Shown here in pieces: positions 37,157 through 45,942 of a DNA stretch of 57,783 bases. Every line of letters starts with the position of its first letter. Position 1 is the stretch's first letter. The stretch is taken from IMG/VR virus record IMGVR_UViG_2554235495_000004, positions 1-57,783 of that record. One strand, written 5' to 3'. Under the pieces are notes generated by a model. It searched no databases and had not been told where the DNA came from. It saw only the letters and a list, made by a program, of their open reading frames with translations. This DNA is from a virus. Position numbers and translations under genes: made by a program.

Positions 37157-39244
37157 TTACGCCCGATTGATAGGACCGCTGTAGTCGGACCGCCCGCTCG
37201 GATAGTCAATAGAGACATCGGCAACGGCCATCTGCGGGCCGTTGTTGATGACGGCCGTCCCCGACGACGCACTGCCACTCAGCGCCGTGCTTTGGATCTG
37301 CTCACACCGGCCGTCGACGATAATGTCCGGTGCGCCGCCGACATTGCCCATGTGGACCTCGGTGTTCTTGATCGCGTGGAGAACGCCCGAACGCACGTCG
37401 ATCCCGCCACCACACTTGGCGACGTTTGCGAGTTCGACCGTACAGCCGGTGATCGTGACACCGCTGCCTTTGCCCTTGTCTTCGACGGCGAAGCCCTGCA
37501 CGCCGTGAGCGCCTGCATCGGCGTTCGTGAGTTCCGTGTTCTCGTAATCGAACGCCGCCGTGCAGTTCTCGAAGCGGCCGTGCGCGATCCGGCCGTTCGA
37601 CACGCCGTTATTCCGGAACGTCGTACCCGTGGCGACGACGGAACCGCTCGTGTTGGTGGCGTACAGGCCATTATTGGGGAATGAATCGAACACCGAGTCG
37701 ACGATATTGAGCGTACCCTCGTGGTCGTCAGCGAGGAACACGCCGATCGGACGGTCCCCCTCGTGATCGTTGGCCATCACGCCCGCGTGGACCGACCCGA
37801 CGTTTTTGATGCGATTCGCGCCGCCCGAGCTGGTGGCGGGCATCGATATCATCGGCCCGGACTTCGCGCCGAGCGAGGCGGACGGGTCGGGATTCGCCCG
37901 TCGGCCTGAGCCGAGCGTCTGGAAGTATTCGAGAAAGCCACGATCGCTGGTGTTGACGTTCAGCCGACCCCACGCGCCCGAGGCGGTCTGGTCCATGTCG
38001 ATCCCGCTCCACATGAAGCCAGAGCCACCGGAGACCGTCACCGCATAGTCGCGGTAGCCAGCCGGGATCGGAACGGAGGCGTCACCCGTGCCGCAAATGG
38101 CTACATCGGAAGCGTTGCCGATGTTGATCTGCCCATCCCACGAGAGTTCTCCCTCAACCACATAGAGCGTATTCGACGCGCCGCCGATATCGCCCGTTGA
38201 ACTCGCGGTGACGGTGTTCTGAATATCGAAGCCAGCCTGCGAGGCGCGTTCCTCGGGCGTGGCATCGGGATTCGTCGATGGTAGCGTCTCGGTCGGTCCC
38301 GTGCCACCACCTACCGTCACCTGCTTGTCGGGGTCGAACGTGTCGACGTAGGCTTTCGTATCGTGGGCGTCGGTATCGTAGTTTTTGATATGCCCGCCGG
38401 CAACGTAGATCGTGCCATCGACGACGCCCGACGCGCCGACGATCCGGGCGCGATTGCTCGGTATCTGTGGCATCTCCTCGTCCCACGAGTCCGTCTCAAC
38501 ATCGTACCGGAAGACGTTCGGCTTGAAATCGTCGTTCGTGCCGATGCTCCCGACGTGGCCGTAGGCGATGTAGACCTTCCCGTTGATGACGGTATCCGAG
38601 AGCGCCTGCCGGAACGCCATCGGCGCGTCGGCCATGCTCTCGGGTTGACCTTCGTTTGGCCCCGAGAGCGGGTAGCGCGTTGTGGTGGGGACGATGTTAC
38701 CCGACGAGACGTTGTGTCCGCCGAAGTGATAGAGGTAGTCCGTGCCGTCGACGTTCGCCATTGCGACTGACGACCACCGGACGGGCTGGGGGAGTGTCGC
38801 CCATTCGGACGATTCGACGCTGTTTGACGAAGGATCGAATCGCCAGATGCGATCGGTGTCGGTTTGAGCCTCCGCCCCCGTCGCCCCTCCTGCAATGTAG
38901 ATCAGTCCATCCGGCCCGAGCGCCCCGCGGACGGCGTAGACTGGCTCAGGACACGTCGCGCCCAGGGTACTCCACCCGCTACCGGGCGTGAACGTGTAGA
39001 TCGAGTCTTCGATATTCCCCGAGCCGAACACGTCCGTCTCAGCGCCGCCGAAAAGGTAGCACGTTCCGTTGGCAACGACGCCAGCCTGCCCCCACAACGC
39101 TTTCGGGAGGTCGGGGCCGCTCGACCACGAGTCATTCGCCGTATCGTAGGCATACGTGTCCGCCGTTGCGCGGTCGTAGTGACTGTCGAGATCGGTATCG
39201 TCGCGGATACCGCCGAACGAGTAGATTGTACCGTTGACGTTCAT
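37157..39244 (-). CDS. Six-bladed Kelch propeller fused to a family-A beta-helix
   Basis: Six Y.(F/A)GG...(Y/F)D..W-type repeats followed by a beta-helix with FPNNGLY; no signal peptide. Confidence 0.85.
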   Translation of the reverse strand: MNVNGTIYSFGGIRDDTDLDSHYDRATADTYAYDTANDSWSSGPDLPKALWGQAGVVANGTCYLFGGAETDVFGSGNIEDSIYTFTPGSGWSTLGATCPEPVYAVRGALGPDGLIYIAGGATGAEAQTDTDRIWRFDPSSNSVESSEWATLPQPVRWSSVAMANVDGTDYLYHFGGHNVSSGNIVPTTTRYPLSGPNEGQPESMADAPMAFRQALSDTVINGKVYIAYGHVGSIGTNDDFKPNVFRYDVETDSWDEEMPQIPSNRARIVGASGVVDGTIYVAGGHIKNYDTDAHDTKAYVDTFDPDKQVTVGGGTGPTETLPSTNPDATPEERASQAGFDIQNTVTASSTGDIGGASNTLYVVEGELSWDGQINIGNASDVAICGTGDASVPIPAGYRDYAVTVSGGSGFMWSGIDMDQTASGAWGRLNVNTSDRGFLEYFQTLGSGRRANPDPSASLGAKSGPMISMPATSSGGANRIKNVGSVHAGVMANDHEGDRPIGVFLADDHEGTLNIVDSVFDSFPNNGLYATNTSGSVVATGTTFRNNGVSNGRIAHGRFENCTAAFDYENTELTNADAGAHGVQGFAVEDKGKGSGVTITGCTVELANVAKCGGGIDVRSGVLHAIKNTEVHMGNVGGAPDIIVDGRCEQIQSTALSGSASSGTAVINNGPQMAVADVSIDYPSGRSDYSGPINRA

Positions 39245-39246
39245 GT

Positions 39247-39786
39247 CTAAGGCGGGTCTCCTCGGCCACCGTCCGGCATGTCCGATCCCTCACCCCACGT
39301 CGGCTGTTCGACAGTGCGTGTGCCGTCGCTACTCCCGTCGCTCGTGGTGAGCGTGCCTTCGCTATCAGTGATCGTGATGAGACCGGCGGCGTCGATGTTG
39401 ATGTCGCCGTTCGGTAGCATCTCGATCCGCGACCCGCCGAGATTCCACGAGAGTTCGCCGTCCGAATCCGGTGCGGCATCGTCTGCGTTATAAAAACTTC
39501 CCGAGATGTACGGCTGTGGAGGGGTGCCCGCAAACCAGCTAATGATGACGGGATCGTCTTCGACAAGCGGGCGTGTCCCACCGAGGACGCTCGGGTGGAC
39601 TTCGACATTCGTGAGATCTGCGCCTTCGCTGTCATCATCACCCTTCGCGAAATCCACCTCGGCGACGGGGCCAGGGAGATCTGTCTGATAGTCGATCGAA
39701 CGAATGACGGCCTGGCGATCGAGATGTTTGGAGCGGTTGACCGTTTGGTCTTGCGCGCCACGATCCGTGGGGTCTGTATCCGTCAT
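39247..39786 (-). CDS. Baseplate spike (gpV-like)
   Basis: OB-fold-like N-terminus with DDPVII.W..G.P..PYI.G; beta-strand repeats. Confidence 0.75.
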   Translation of the reverse strand: MTDTDPTDRGAQDQTVNRSKHLDRQAVIRSIDYQTDLPGPVAEVDFAKGDDDSEGADLTNVEVHPSVLGGTRPLVEDDPVIISWFAGTPPQPYISGSFYNADDAAPDSDGELSWNLGGSRIEMLPNGDINIDAAGLITITDSEGTLTTSDGSSDGTRTVEQPTWGEGSDMPDGGRGDPP

Positions 39787-39788
39787 AG

Positions 39789-40931
39789 TCAGGGAGTTGG
39801 CGTTCCGGGGCCGCGAACGTCTCCCTCGGCGTCTACCGCCCCATCGATGAGCGCGCCGACTTGGACTGTTGTGACGAAGCCCGAATCCGAACTGAGTTCG
39901 TGCGTCACTTCGCTCACGAGGTACTCCTGGCCGCCGAGACTGTCGGGCATAATCACCGTGTCGAGCGGCTGGATGCGCTCGTCGCCCACGAGTTTGATCT
40001 GACCCGTGCCGCTTTGGCGCTCGAACTCGTCGAGTAGCGAGTGGGCCGTCTGCTGGGCCGTCTCGACGTTCGTGATCGACTTGTCCTCGTGCTCGTACAC
40101 CCGCGCGCCACTCCCCGTGTCGCCAGCCACCGCCCGCACAGGGTCTTTCGAGGCTGAATACACGCGAGAGGCACCCGTCGCCTCGCCGCCGCCGATCACC
40201 ACCACCCCATCATAGGGTGCGGTCTGGAGGCCGGGATCGGTATCGGGCAGGATGTGCTCGATCTCGTGTTGCGTAACCGCGAAGTTCGATCCGTCGGTGA
40301 ACACGGGGAGCCCACCCGGCGTGGACGGATCGACGTACCACGCCCCGCGGACGCGGTTGGCCATGTCGTCGAGCACGCCCGCACACGAGCGCCCCTCGTA
40401 AGCCGTGAACGTGCTCGCGTCCTCATCGACATCCACACGAGCGGGTGCAACGTCGGCGAACGCACAGACCGTCGTGATTACCGTGTCGAGAGGGGCGTCG
40501 TCGAACGATGCCGTGACGGTGCCTTGTTTGAGTTTGCGAACGGAGTCATATGAGTCGATGACCACCAGCCCTTCATCGTTCGGTGCCGATACATCAACAC
40601 GGCCGGAGCCGATGGGCGTCCCGTTGATCCGAGCCATCACGATCTCGTCCTGCTCGGGATACCTGTCGGCGAGGATCTTCGTGACGAGGAGTGCCGATTG
40701 ATTGTACCGCGAGGATTCGTATGAAATCTCCGTGACGGGGTACACTTCGCCGTCGTCGAACTCCGCCTCGCCCGTATCGGCCGCCGAGGCGGGCAGGACC
40801 GCAACGTCCGCAGTGATCTCTTGCTGGAGGGCAGTCCCGTCGAAGTCGACGTCCGCCGTCTCGGCGGGTTCGCTCTCGGTGCCAGTCCCGCCAGGGTTGA
40901 TCGGCCGGAGCTGCTGTGGGACGTCCGGCAT
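39789..40931 (-). CDS. Baseplate hub (gpD-like)
   Basis: Position; G.I.LVGD.RIQPLD.V...G..YLV.EV.H motif. Confidence 0.78.
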   Translation of the reverse strand: MPDVPQQLRPINPGGTGTESEPAETADVDFDGTALQQEITADVAVLPASAADTGEAEFDDGEVYPVTEISYESSRYNQSALLVTKILADRYPEQDEIVMARINGTPIGSGRVDVSAPNDEGLVVIDSYDSVRKLKQGTVTASFDDAPLDTVITTVCAFADVAPARVDVDEDASTFTAYEGRSCAGVLDDMANRVRGAWYVDPSTPGGLPVFTDGSNFAVTQHEIEHILPDTDPGLQTAPYDGVVVIGGGEATGASRVYSASKDPVRAVAGDTGSGARVYEHEDKSITNVETAQQTAHSLLDEFERQSGTGQIKLVGDERIQPLDTVIMPDSLGGQEYLVSEVTHELSSDSGFVTTVQVGALIDGAVDAEGDVRGPGTPTP

Positions 40932-41428
40932 TACAGTGAAGAGGGCGTATCCGGCGTGGGGTTGATGTCGCTCGATCCACCGCCACCGCCGACGGGGCTG
41001 TCCGCACCAGTCGGACTCGTCTCTTTGAGTGTGAGTGAGAACTCCTTGAGGAAGACCGTCTCGGGATCGTCGTCACCGTCCACGTCGCGGGAGTAGCGTG
41101 TCCGTGTCGGGCTGATGTCGTAGTCCTCGACAGTCACGTCGAGCGTGCCACGATCCGGCAGGCGAGCCTTGATCTGTGGCACTTCATACAGCCGTTCGAC
41201 AGTCGTCTCGTCGCCGGGAAAGCACGCACCGTCGACGGTATAGGTGCGTGATCCAGGCCCCATCCACTGCGTGACGTCCTCCGTGTCGATCGGTTCGTGC
41301 GTCGTGCTCTTACTCGAACCGGAGGAGCCCACATCAGGGCGATCGAGTTCAACGGGCAGTTCTACGCGCAGGTCGAGTGGGCTGGACCCAGGGGTCCAAA
41401 AGGCCGCAGACAAGTTTCTCGGAGGCAT
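40931..41428 (-). CDS. Tail tube initiator-like protein
   Basis: Position after the tape-measure region; Q.MGPGSR.Y.V.G. Confidence 0.6.
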   Translation of the reverse strand: MPPRNLSAAFWTPGSSPLDLRVELPVELDRPDVGSSGSSKSTTHEPIDTEDVTQWMGPGSRTYTVDGACFPGDETTVERLYEVPQIKARLPDRGTLDVTVEDYDISPTRTRYSRDVDGDDDPETVFLKEFSLTLKETSPTGADSPVGGGGGSSDINPTPDTPSSL

Positions 41429-41473
41429 AGTATGTAGAGAGTGTCGGCCGTCAGTCGAACCGCAGAGATCGCG

Positions 41474-42679
41474 TTAGTCGTCAGCGAACGCGGCAAACGT
41501 CGATTGTTCGGGCGTGGGTGTGGGGTCTTCGGGCGGCGTCCAGCGTTCGCGTCCGCCGGGCAGCTCGTCGTCGGTCCAATCGCGGAGGAGTAGGTCTACT
41601 TCGGGGAGTGCCCGAACGTAGGCCTCGGCTTTGTGGTGGCACTCGTCGCAGACCGTGAAGAGCACATCGTCGTTGTTGCACCCACCATCGAGGAGTGCCG
41701 GGAGGTGATTGACTGTGAGCGCGCGGTCCTGTTCGGAGGTGTGCTTACCGCAGACTTGGCACTCGTGGTTATCGCGCTCGCGTATTCGGGGCGCGGTTTG
41801 AGTCTCCCACGTCTCGGCACGGATGAGCTTCTTCACCGCCTCCCGGGTGCAATATCCGCCACGCCATTGGTGGTGGTCTTGGCCGAACACGTTTTCCGAT
41901 TGCCATCGATCCTTACACCCCCGTGAGCAAAACCTGGCCCTCCCCAACCGCGCTGGTTTTACTGGTTCGATCTTACCGCATTGCTCACATTCTATTTCGG
42001 CCTTGCCACCCTGCCAGCGTGGGTTGTCTTCCCCCTCTCCTATGTGGGCCGTATCAGACCGGGTTTCAATACCGTGGCTGAGTAATGCTTGCCGTACTGT
42101 TGAAAAAGAGAAGCCGAGGTCCTCAGCTATTGTATTTATTGAGTGTTTTTTACCGACGTATAACCGTTCCATCTCCTCGGGGTTGTCGAGAATCTCATAC
42201 CCACCTGGGTTTTGCGGCTTCCGGTAGTCTTCGCCGCCGATATCATGCTCCCTGAGGCGGCTTCTGATTGTTTGCCGGCAACACCCTGCTTCGTTGGCGA
42301 TCTCTTGTAGCGTCTTCTGGCGATTTATGAACAGTTCCCAGAGAAGGTGTCCGTTGTCGTACTCGGGAGCGGCCTTCTTTTCCTCTATCGTACTCTCACG
42401 CCATCCGTGGCCTCTGCGGTTGATGTCGTTCTTGTCCAACCCACCTTGGATGGCTGTGTAGGAAGCGTCCCAATGGGCCGCTATCTCATTTATCGACATT
42501 CTCTCTTCAATGTATGCCTCACGCAGGAGTTTCTCGCTATCCCACGGGGCGCAGACATCGCAGTCTGACTTGTTCCCGTGCATAGCGCGCGACCGGTTGG
42601 ATGGGAACTCCCTGCCACAGTCAAGGCACTCGTATCCCTCACCGTCAGTGCTATTGTCATCGGCGTCGTACTCTGTCAT
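41474..42679 (-). CDS. HNH-like endonuclease with C2H2 finger, three HTH-like repeats, NUMOD3-like and TRASH-like motifs
   Basis: RERDNHECQVCG...VNH...VCDECH; GEDNPRWQGG; CEQC..FCSRGC. Confidence 0.8.
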   Translation of the reverse strand: MTEYDADDNSTDGEGYECLDCGREFPSNRSRAMHGNKSDCDVCAPWDSEKLLREAYIEERMSINEIAAHWDASYTAIQGGLDKNDINRRGHGWRESTIEEKKAAPEYDNGHLLWELFINRQKTLQEIANEAGCCRQTIRSRLREHDIGGEDYRKPQNPGGYEILDNPEEMERLYVGKKHSINTIAEDLGFSFSTVRQALLSHGIETRSDTAHIGEGEDNPRWQGGKAEIECEQCGKIEPVKPARLGRARFCSRGCKDRWQSENVFGQDHHQWRGGYCTREAVKKLIRAETWETQTAPRIRERDNHECQVCGKHTSEQDRALTVNHLPALLDGGCNNDDVLFTVCDECHHKAEAYVRALPEVDLLLRDWTDDELPGGRERWTPPEDPTPTPEQSTFAAFADD

Positions 42680-42693
42680 GCTTGGACCCAACC

Positions 42694-42781
42694 AAGCACG
42701 GTCGGTGTCTGACCACCGGCCGTTTTCTCCGAACGGCGATACCGTGCTTCGTTGGAAAATAATAGACGGTGGTCCCTTATA
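42694..42781 (-). promoter_or_regulatory. TATA box plus three-way-junction 5'UTR RNA motif, copy 2
   Basis: TATAAG 42781-76; P1 42749-41/42702-694, P2 42737-33/42723-19, P3 42718-14/42707-03. Confidence 0.6.
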
Positions 42782-42811
42782 GTAGTGCCGAGAGCATGGT
42801 GAAAGTGTTTG

Positions 42812-43183
42812 TCACACCGCTTCTTTTGGGTGGTCGAGTTGGGCGCGGATCGCGTCGGCGAGGATACGTGCGTCGCCTCTCTCGATCTGGTATTCTTCGT
42901 CTACGCCGCTCCCTTCAAGGACGAGCTTGCCGAGTGAGTATTTCGACTCGTATTCGACGCGGGAGAGGTTTGCCATCCGAATCTCGGACAGCTTCTCGTT
43001 GAATGGCGACTTGTTCAAGACGATGAATCGGCGATCGGTGACGGCGAACACCAGCGAGTTTAGTTTACTGACTAACCCTGTGTTGTGGAGTGCGAGGATG
43101 AACGACTCGTCGTTCCGTAGTAACCCTTCGAGACGGTTGCGGAGTTTTTGCGGGAGTTCGTCCACGCTGGCGACTTCTTCCAT
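42812..43183 (-). CDS. Bacterial-type PH-domain protein (moron)
   Basis: FAVTDRRFIVL...I....LSRVEYE....G.L.L; own TTTAAA box 23 nt before the ATG. Confidence 0.75.
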   Translation of the reverse strand: MEEVASVDELPQKLRNRLEGLLRNDESFILALHNTGLVSKLNSLVFAVTDRRFIVLNKSPFNEKLSEIRMANLSRVEYESKYSLGKLVLEGSGVDEEYQIERGDARILADAIRAQLDHPKEAV

Positions 43184-43215
43184 ACTCTTATTTCGTGGGC
43201 TACTTGTTTAAATCC

Positions 43216-45723
43216 CTACGTCGATGGGTAGTTGCGCTTCCGATTGCGCTGGTTGCGGCGGTTGTCTTTGTCGAGTGCGCGCTCGACGACGGACTCGATC
43301 TCGCCTTCACTCATGTCGCTGCCACGAGCGTCGACAGTCACCTCGCGGTTATCCTGATAGACCGACGTAGAGCCGCCACCTGCACTCGCGGGCGGGGGCG
43401 ACTGGCCGCCGCCTGCTGGGGGCGGGGACTGGCCGCCGGAGCCCGACCCGCCACCCTCGCCGCCGGAGCTACCACCGCCACCGCCGCCACCAGTCTGCGC
43501 CCACGAGAGATCGACACCGCCGCCAGAGCCGCCACTGCCGACTTCGCCGAGGTCGACCGGCTCTAAGGTGGTCTTGATATTGACACCGGGGATCTTGTTC
43601 GCGGTGTCGATCATCGAGTTCAGCACCCCGATAGCGTCGTTTATCATCCCCTCGAACCATTTGGCGACGTCGTCGATCAGCCCACCGATGAATTTGGTCG
43701 TTTTCTGCCACCCCTTGCCGAGCCACGACATCAGTCCGGCAAACTTCCCACCGACCCAGTCGACGATCCCGCCAAGGTTGTTGAACGCCCACATGAGACC
43801 TTTGACGGCTGCGATTCCCGGCATGAGGAGCGGCCCGAGTGGCCCCAATACATCGTAAATTCCAAAGAGGGTGTTGATGAAACCTTCTGTGAGGCCGATC
43901 GCGGTGTTCCATGTGCTCGCCAGAACTCCGCCGAACCAGTTGAAGGTGGCTCCGACAGCATTCACGATCGGTTGGATGAGGCCGAAGTGGTCGGCGAGTA
44001 GGTAGGCCGCTCCAGCGAGCGCACCCACGGCGACGATCGGCCAGCTAATCGCCCCGAGGACCGCCGACAGAGAGATCGCGCTTAGTGTGACGCCCGAGAG
44101 GGCCCCGCCGAGAAGGTACATCCCCCCGGCGGCGATCCCAGCGACGACGCCCGCGTTCTGGATCGGCTGCGGGAGCGAGTTGAACACACCCAGAACGCCC
44201 GTTGCCGTGTCGAACAGGAAGCCTAGCGCCGGGCCGATCACGTTCCAGATCGCTGCACCTGCCTCGGCAAGTCCAACGGCGAGGTCGAGTGTACTGAGCG
44301 CGAAGCTACTGATTACTGGTATCAGCGCGAGGCCTTCCTCGCGGACCCACTTGAGCCCGTCGGGAATCGCCCCGAGGAGCCAGATGCCGAGGTCGCCGAG
44401 TGGGCCGAGCATGGACTCGGTAGTCGCCTCCAACTCCGCGAAAAAGCGCGGCTCTTCCATTGCGAACGCCTCGCCGAGACGATCAGTCATGTCGAACAGC
44501 GGCCCCATCAGCCGCTCCGTCATCGTCACGAAGTCCTGAAATACTGTCAGTCCCGTGTCAAGGACGTTCTGGAAGAACGTGGCCGTCTCGGCAGTTTGGA
44601 GTGGGGCAAGCATCTCCCCGGCACGGTCTTTGACGTTGTCGAAGATTGCCTCAACTGCATCGCCTTTGTTCTCCAGCTCGGTCATCTCGCCGCCGACTTC
44701 GGCTGTCGTGCCGACCATCGACTCCGCCTCGGCCATGAGGCCAGCGCCGAATAGCCCGGCAAGACTCGCACCTGCACCACCGGCTGCGGCACCTACCGCG
44801 CCGAGCGGGCCGACGAGTGCGCCGAGCGTGGCGATGAGTGGGCCGGCGACTGCGGCCACCGACCCGAGGCTACCGTGTAGCCCGAACATCTCGGTTCCGA
44901 GGCCGCTCGCCGCGCTGTCAGTGGTCTTGAGAGCGCCAGACAGAGCAACACTCTCGGCGGCCGCCTCGGACATTTCATCGCCCGCTTCGTCGGCGGCGTT
45001 GCCAGCCCCCCGGAGGCCTGGGATCGCGCCCATCGCCGAGTTGCGGACGCTATCCAGTGCGCCCGACATGGCCTCGCCACCGGGCACCGCGCCCCAGAGA
45101 CTATCACCCGTTTCGTCGGCACGCGAGGCCGCGAGTGCCGAGCTGGTGGCGGCGGAGATGGACGAACTCTCGAAGGCGTCGAGACCCTCGGCGGCGATGT
45201 GGCCCGCACCGCCCATTGCGGTGAGTTCATCGGTGCCGTCGACGTTCAGATTCAGCGATTGATCGCCGCCGAAGTCCAGTCCGGACGTGTCGGGCATCGA
45301 CGCGCCGATGTCCATCACGCCGCCGTCGGGCATAGCCGGTGCATCGACATCATCGGGCACGTCCACGCCGGCCGACATAGTGCCGACGGACATCCCCGAG
45401 ACGCCCGCGAGAGCGGCCGAGAGACCCGCTGCTTCGGCCGTGGTTTCGGTGAACTCGTCGCCGGCTTCGTCGGCCGCCTGTTCGCTCGCTTCGAGACTCG
45501 CCGCTGCCGTGGCGGCATTGTCACTAATGCCCGATAGCGAGCTGCCAGCGTCGTCGGCCTCGTCGGCGACATCGTCCAGCGAATCGGCGGCGCTCTCTGC
45601 GCTTTCATCTAAGTATTCAAAGTTCGTCGCAGCACCGAGTGCGGATTCGGCGATCGAATCTAAGGAATCCGTTACGTCCTCGGTTGCACTCAGGGCGGCA
45701 GAGAGCCTTTTGTCGGCTGGCAT
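43216..45723 (-). CDS. Tail tape measure protein
   Basis: 835 aa, Ala/Gly-rich helical with hydrophobic stretches; follows the chaperone gene. Confidence 0.9.
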   Translation of the reverse strand: MPADKRLSAALSATEDVTDSLDSIAESALGAATNFEYLDESAESAADSLDDVADEADDAGSSLSGISDNAATAAASLEASEQAADEAGDEFTETTAEAAGLSAALAGVSGMSVGTMSAGVDVPDDVDAPAMPDGGVMDIGASMPDTSGLDFGGDQSLNLNVDGTDELTAMGGAGHIAAEGLDAFESSSISAATSSALAASRADETGDSLWGAVPGGEAMSGALDSVRNSAMGAIPGLRGAGNAADEAGDEMSEAAAESVALSGALKTTDSAASGLGTEMFGLHGSLGSVAAVAGPLIATLGALVGPLGAVGAAAGGAGASLAGLFGAGLMAEAESMVGTTAEVGGEMTELENKGDAVEAIFDNVKDRAGEMLAPLQTAETATFFQNVLDTGLTVFQDFVTMTERLMGPLFDMTDRLGEAFAMEEPRFFAELEATTESMLGPLGDLGIWLLGAIPDGLKWVREEGLALIPVISSFALSTLDLAVGLAEAGAAIWNVIGPALGFLFDTATGVLGVFNSLPQPIQNAGVVAGIAAGGMYLLGGALSGVTLSAISLSAVLGAISWPIVAVGALAGAAYLLADHFGLIQPIVNAVGATFNWFGGVLASTWNTAIGLTEGFINTLFGIYDVLGPLGPLLMPGIAAVKGLMWAFNNLGGIVDWVGGKFAGLMSWLGKGWQKTTKFIGGLIDDVAKWFEGMINDAIGVLNSMIDTANKIPGVNIKTTLEPVDLGEVGSGGSGGGVDLSWAQTGGGGGGGSSGGEGGGSGSGGQSPPPAGGGQSPPPASAGGGSTSVYQDNREVTVDARGSDMSEGEIESVVERALDKDNRRNQRNRKRNYPST

Positions 45724-45753
45724 AGATGTATAGAAGTGTGTATGAAAACTGCG

Positions 45754-45942
45754 TCAGTGGCTACGTTGCGCGCGGCGCTGGGCCTTCTCCTGGGCCTCTT
45801 GCTTGCGTTCGGCTTTGTCGCGTTTCGACGCGAGGACAAATTCATACTGCGTGGCAGTCATGTCCCCGACGCCGTCGACGCCGCAGAACCCTTCCTCCAG
45901 ATAGACTTCGTAGAGGTTACGCCCCAAATCCGTCGACGCGAA
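45754..45942 (-). CDS. Frameshift extension of the tail assembly chaperone (gpGT-like)
   Basis: 62-codon +1-frame ORF (FASTDLGRNLYEVY...RSH) overlapping the chaperone 3' end, with no ATG in its first 27 codons. Confidence 0.6.
   Translation of the reverse strand, partial: FASTDLGRNLYEVYLEEGFCGVDGVGDMTATQYEFVLASKRDKAERKQEAQEKAQRRAQRSH

Noticed and set aside
43380-43500. Short direct repeat at the tape-measure 3' end
   Set aside because: It encodes a low-complexity GGQSPPPA/Gly-Ser linker and implies no separate element.
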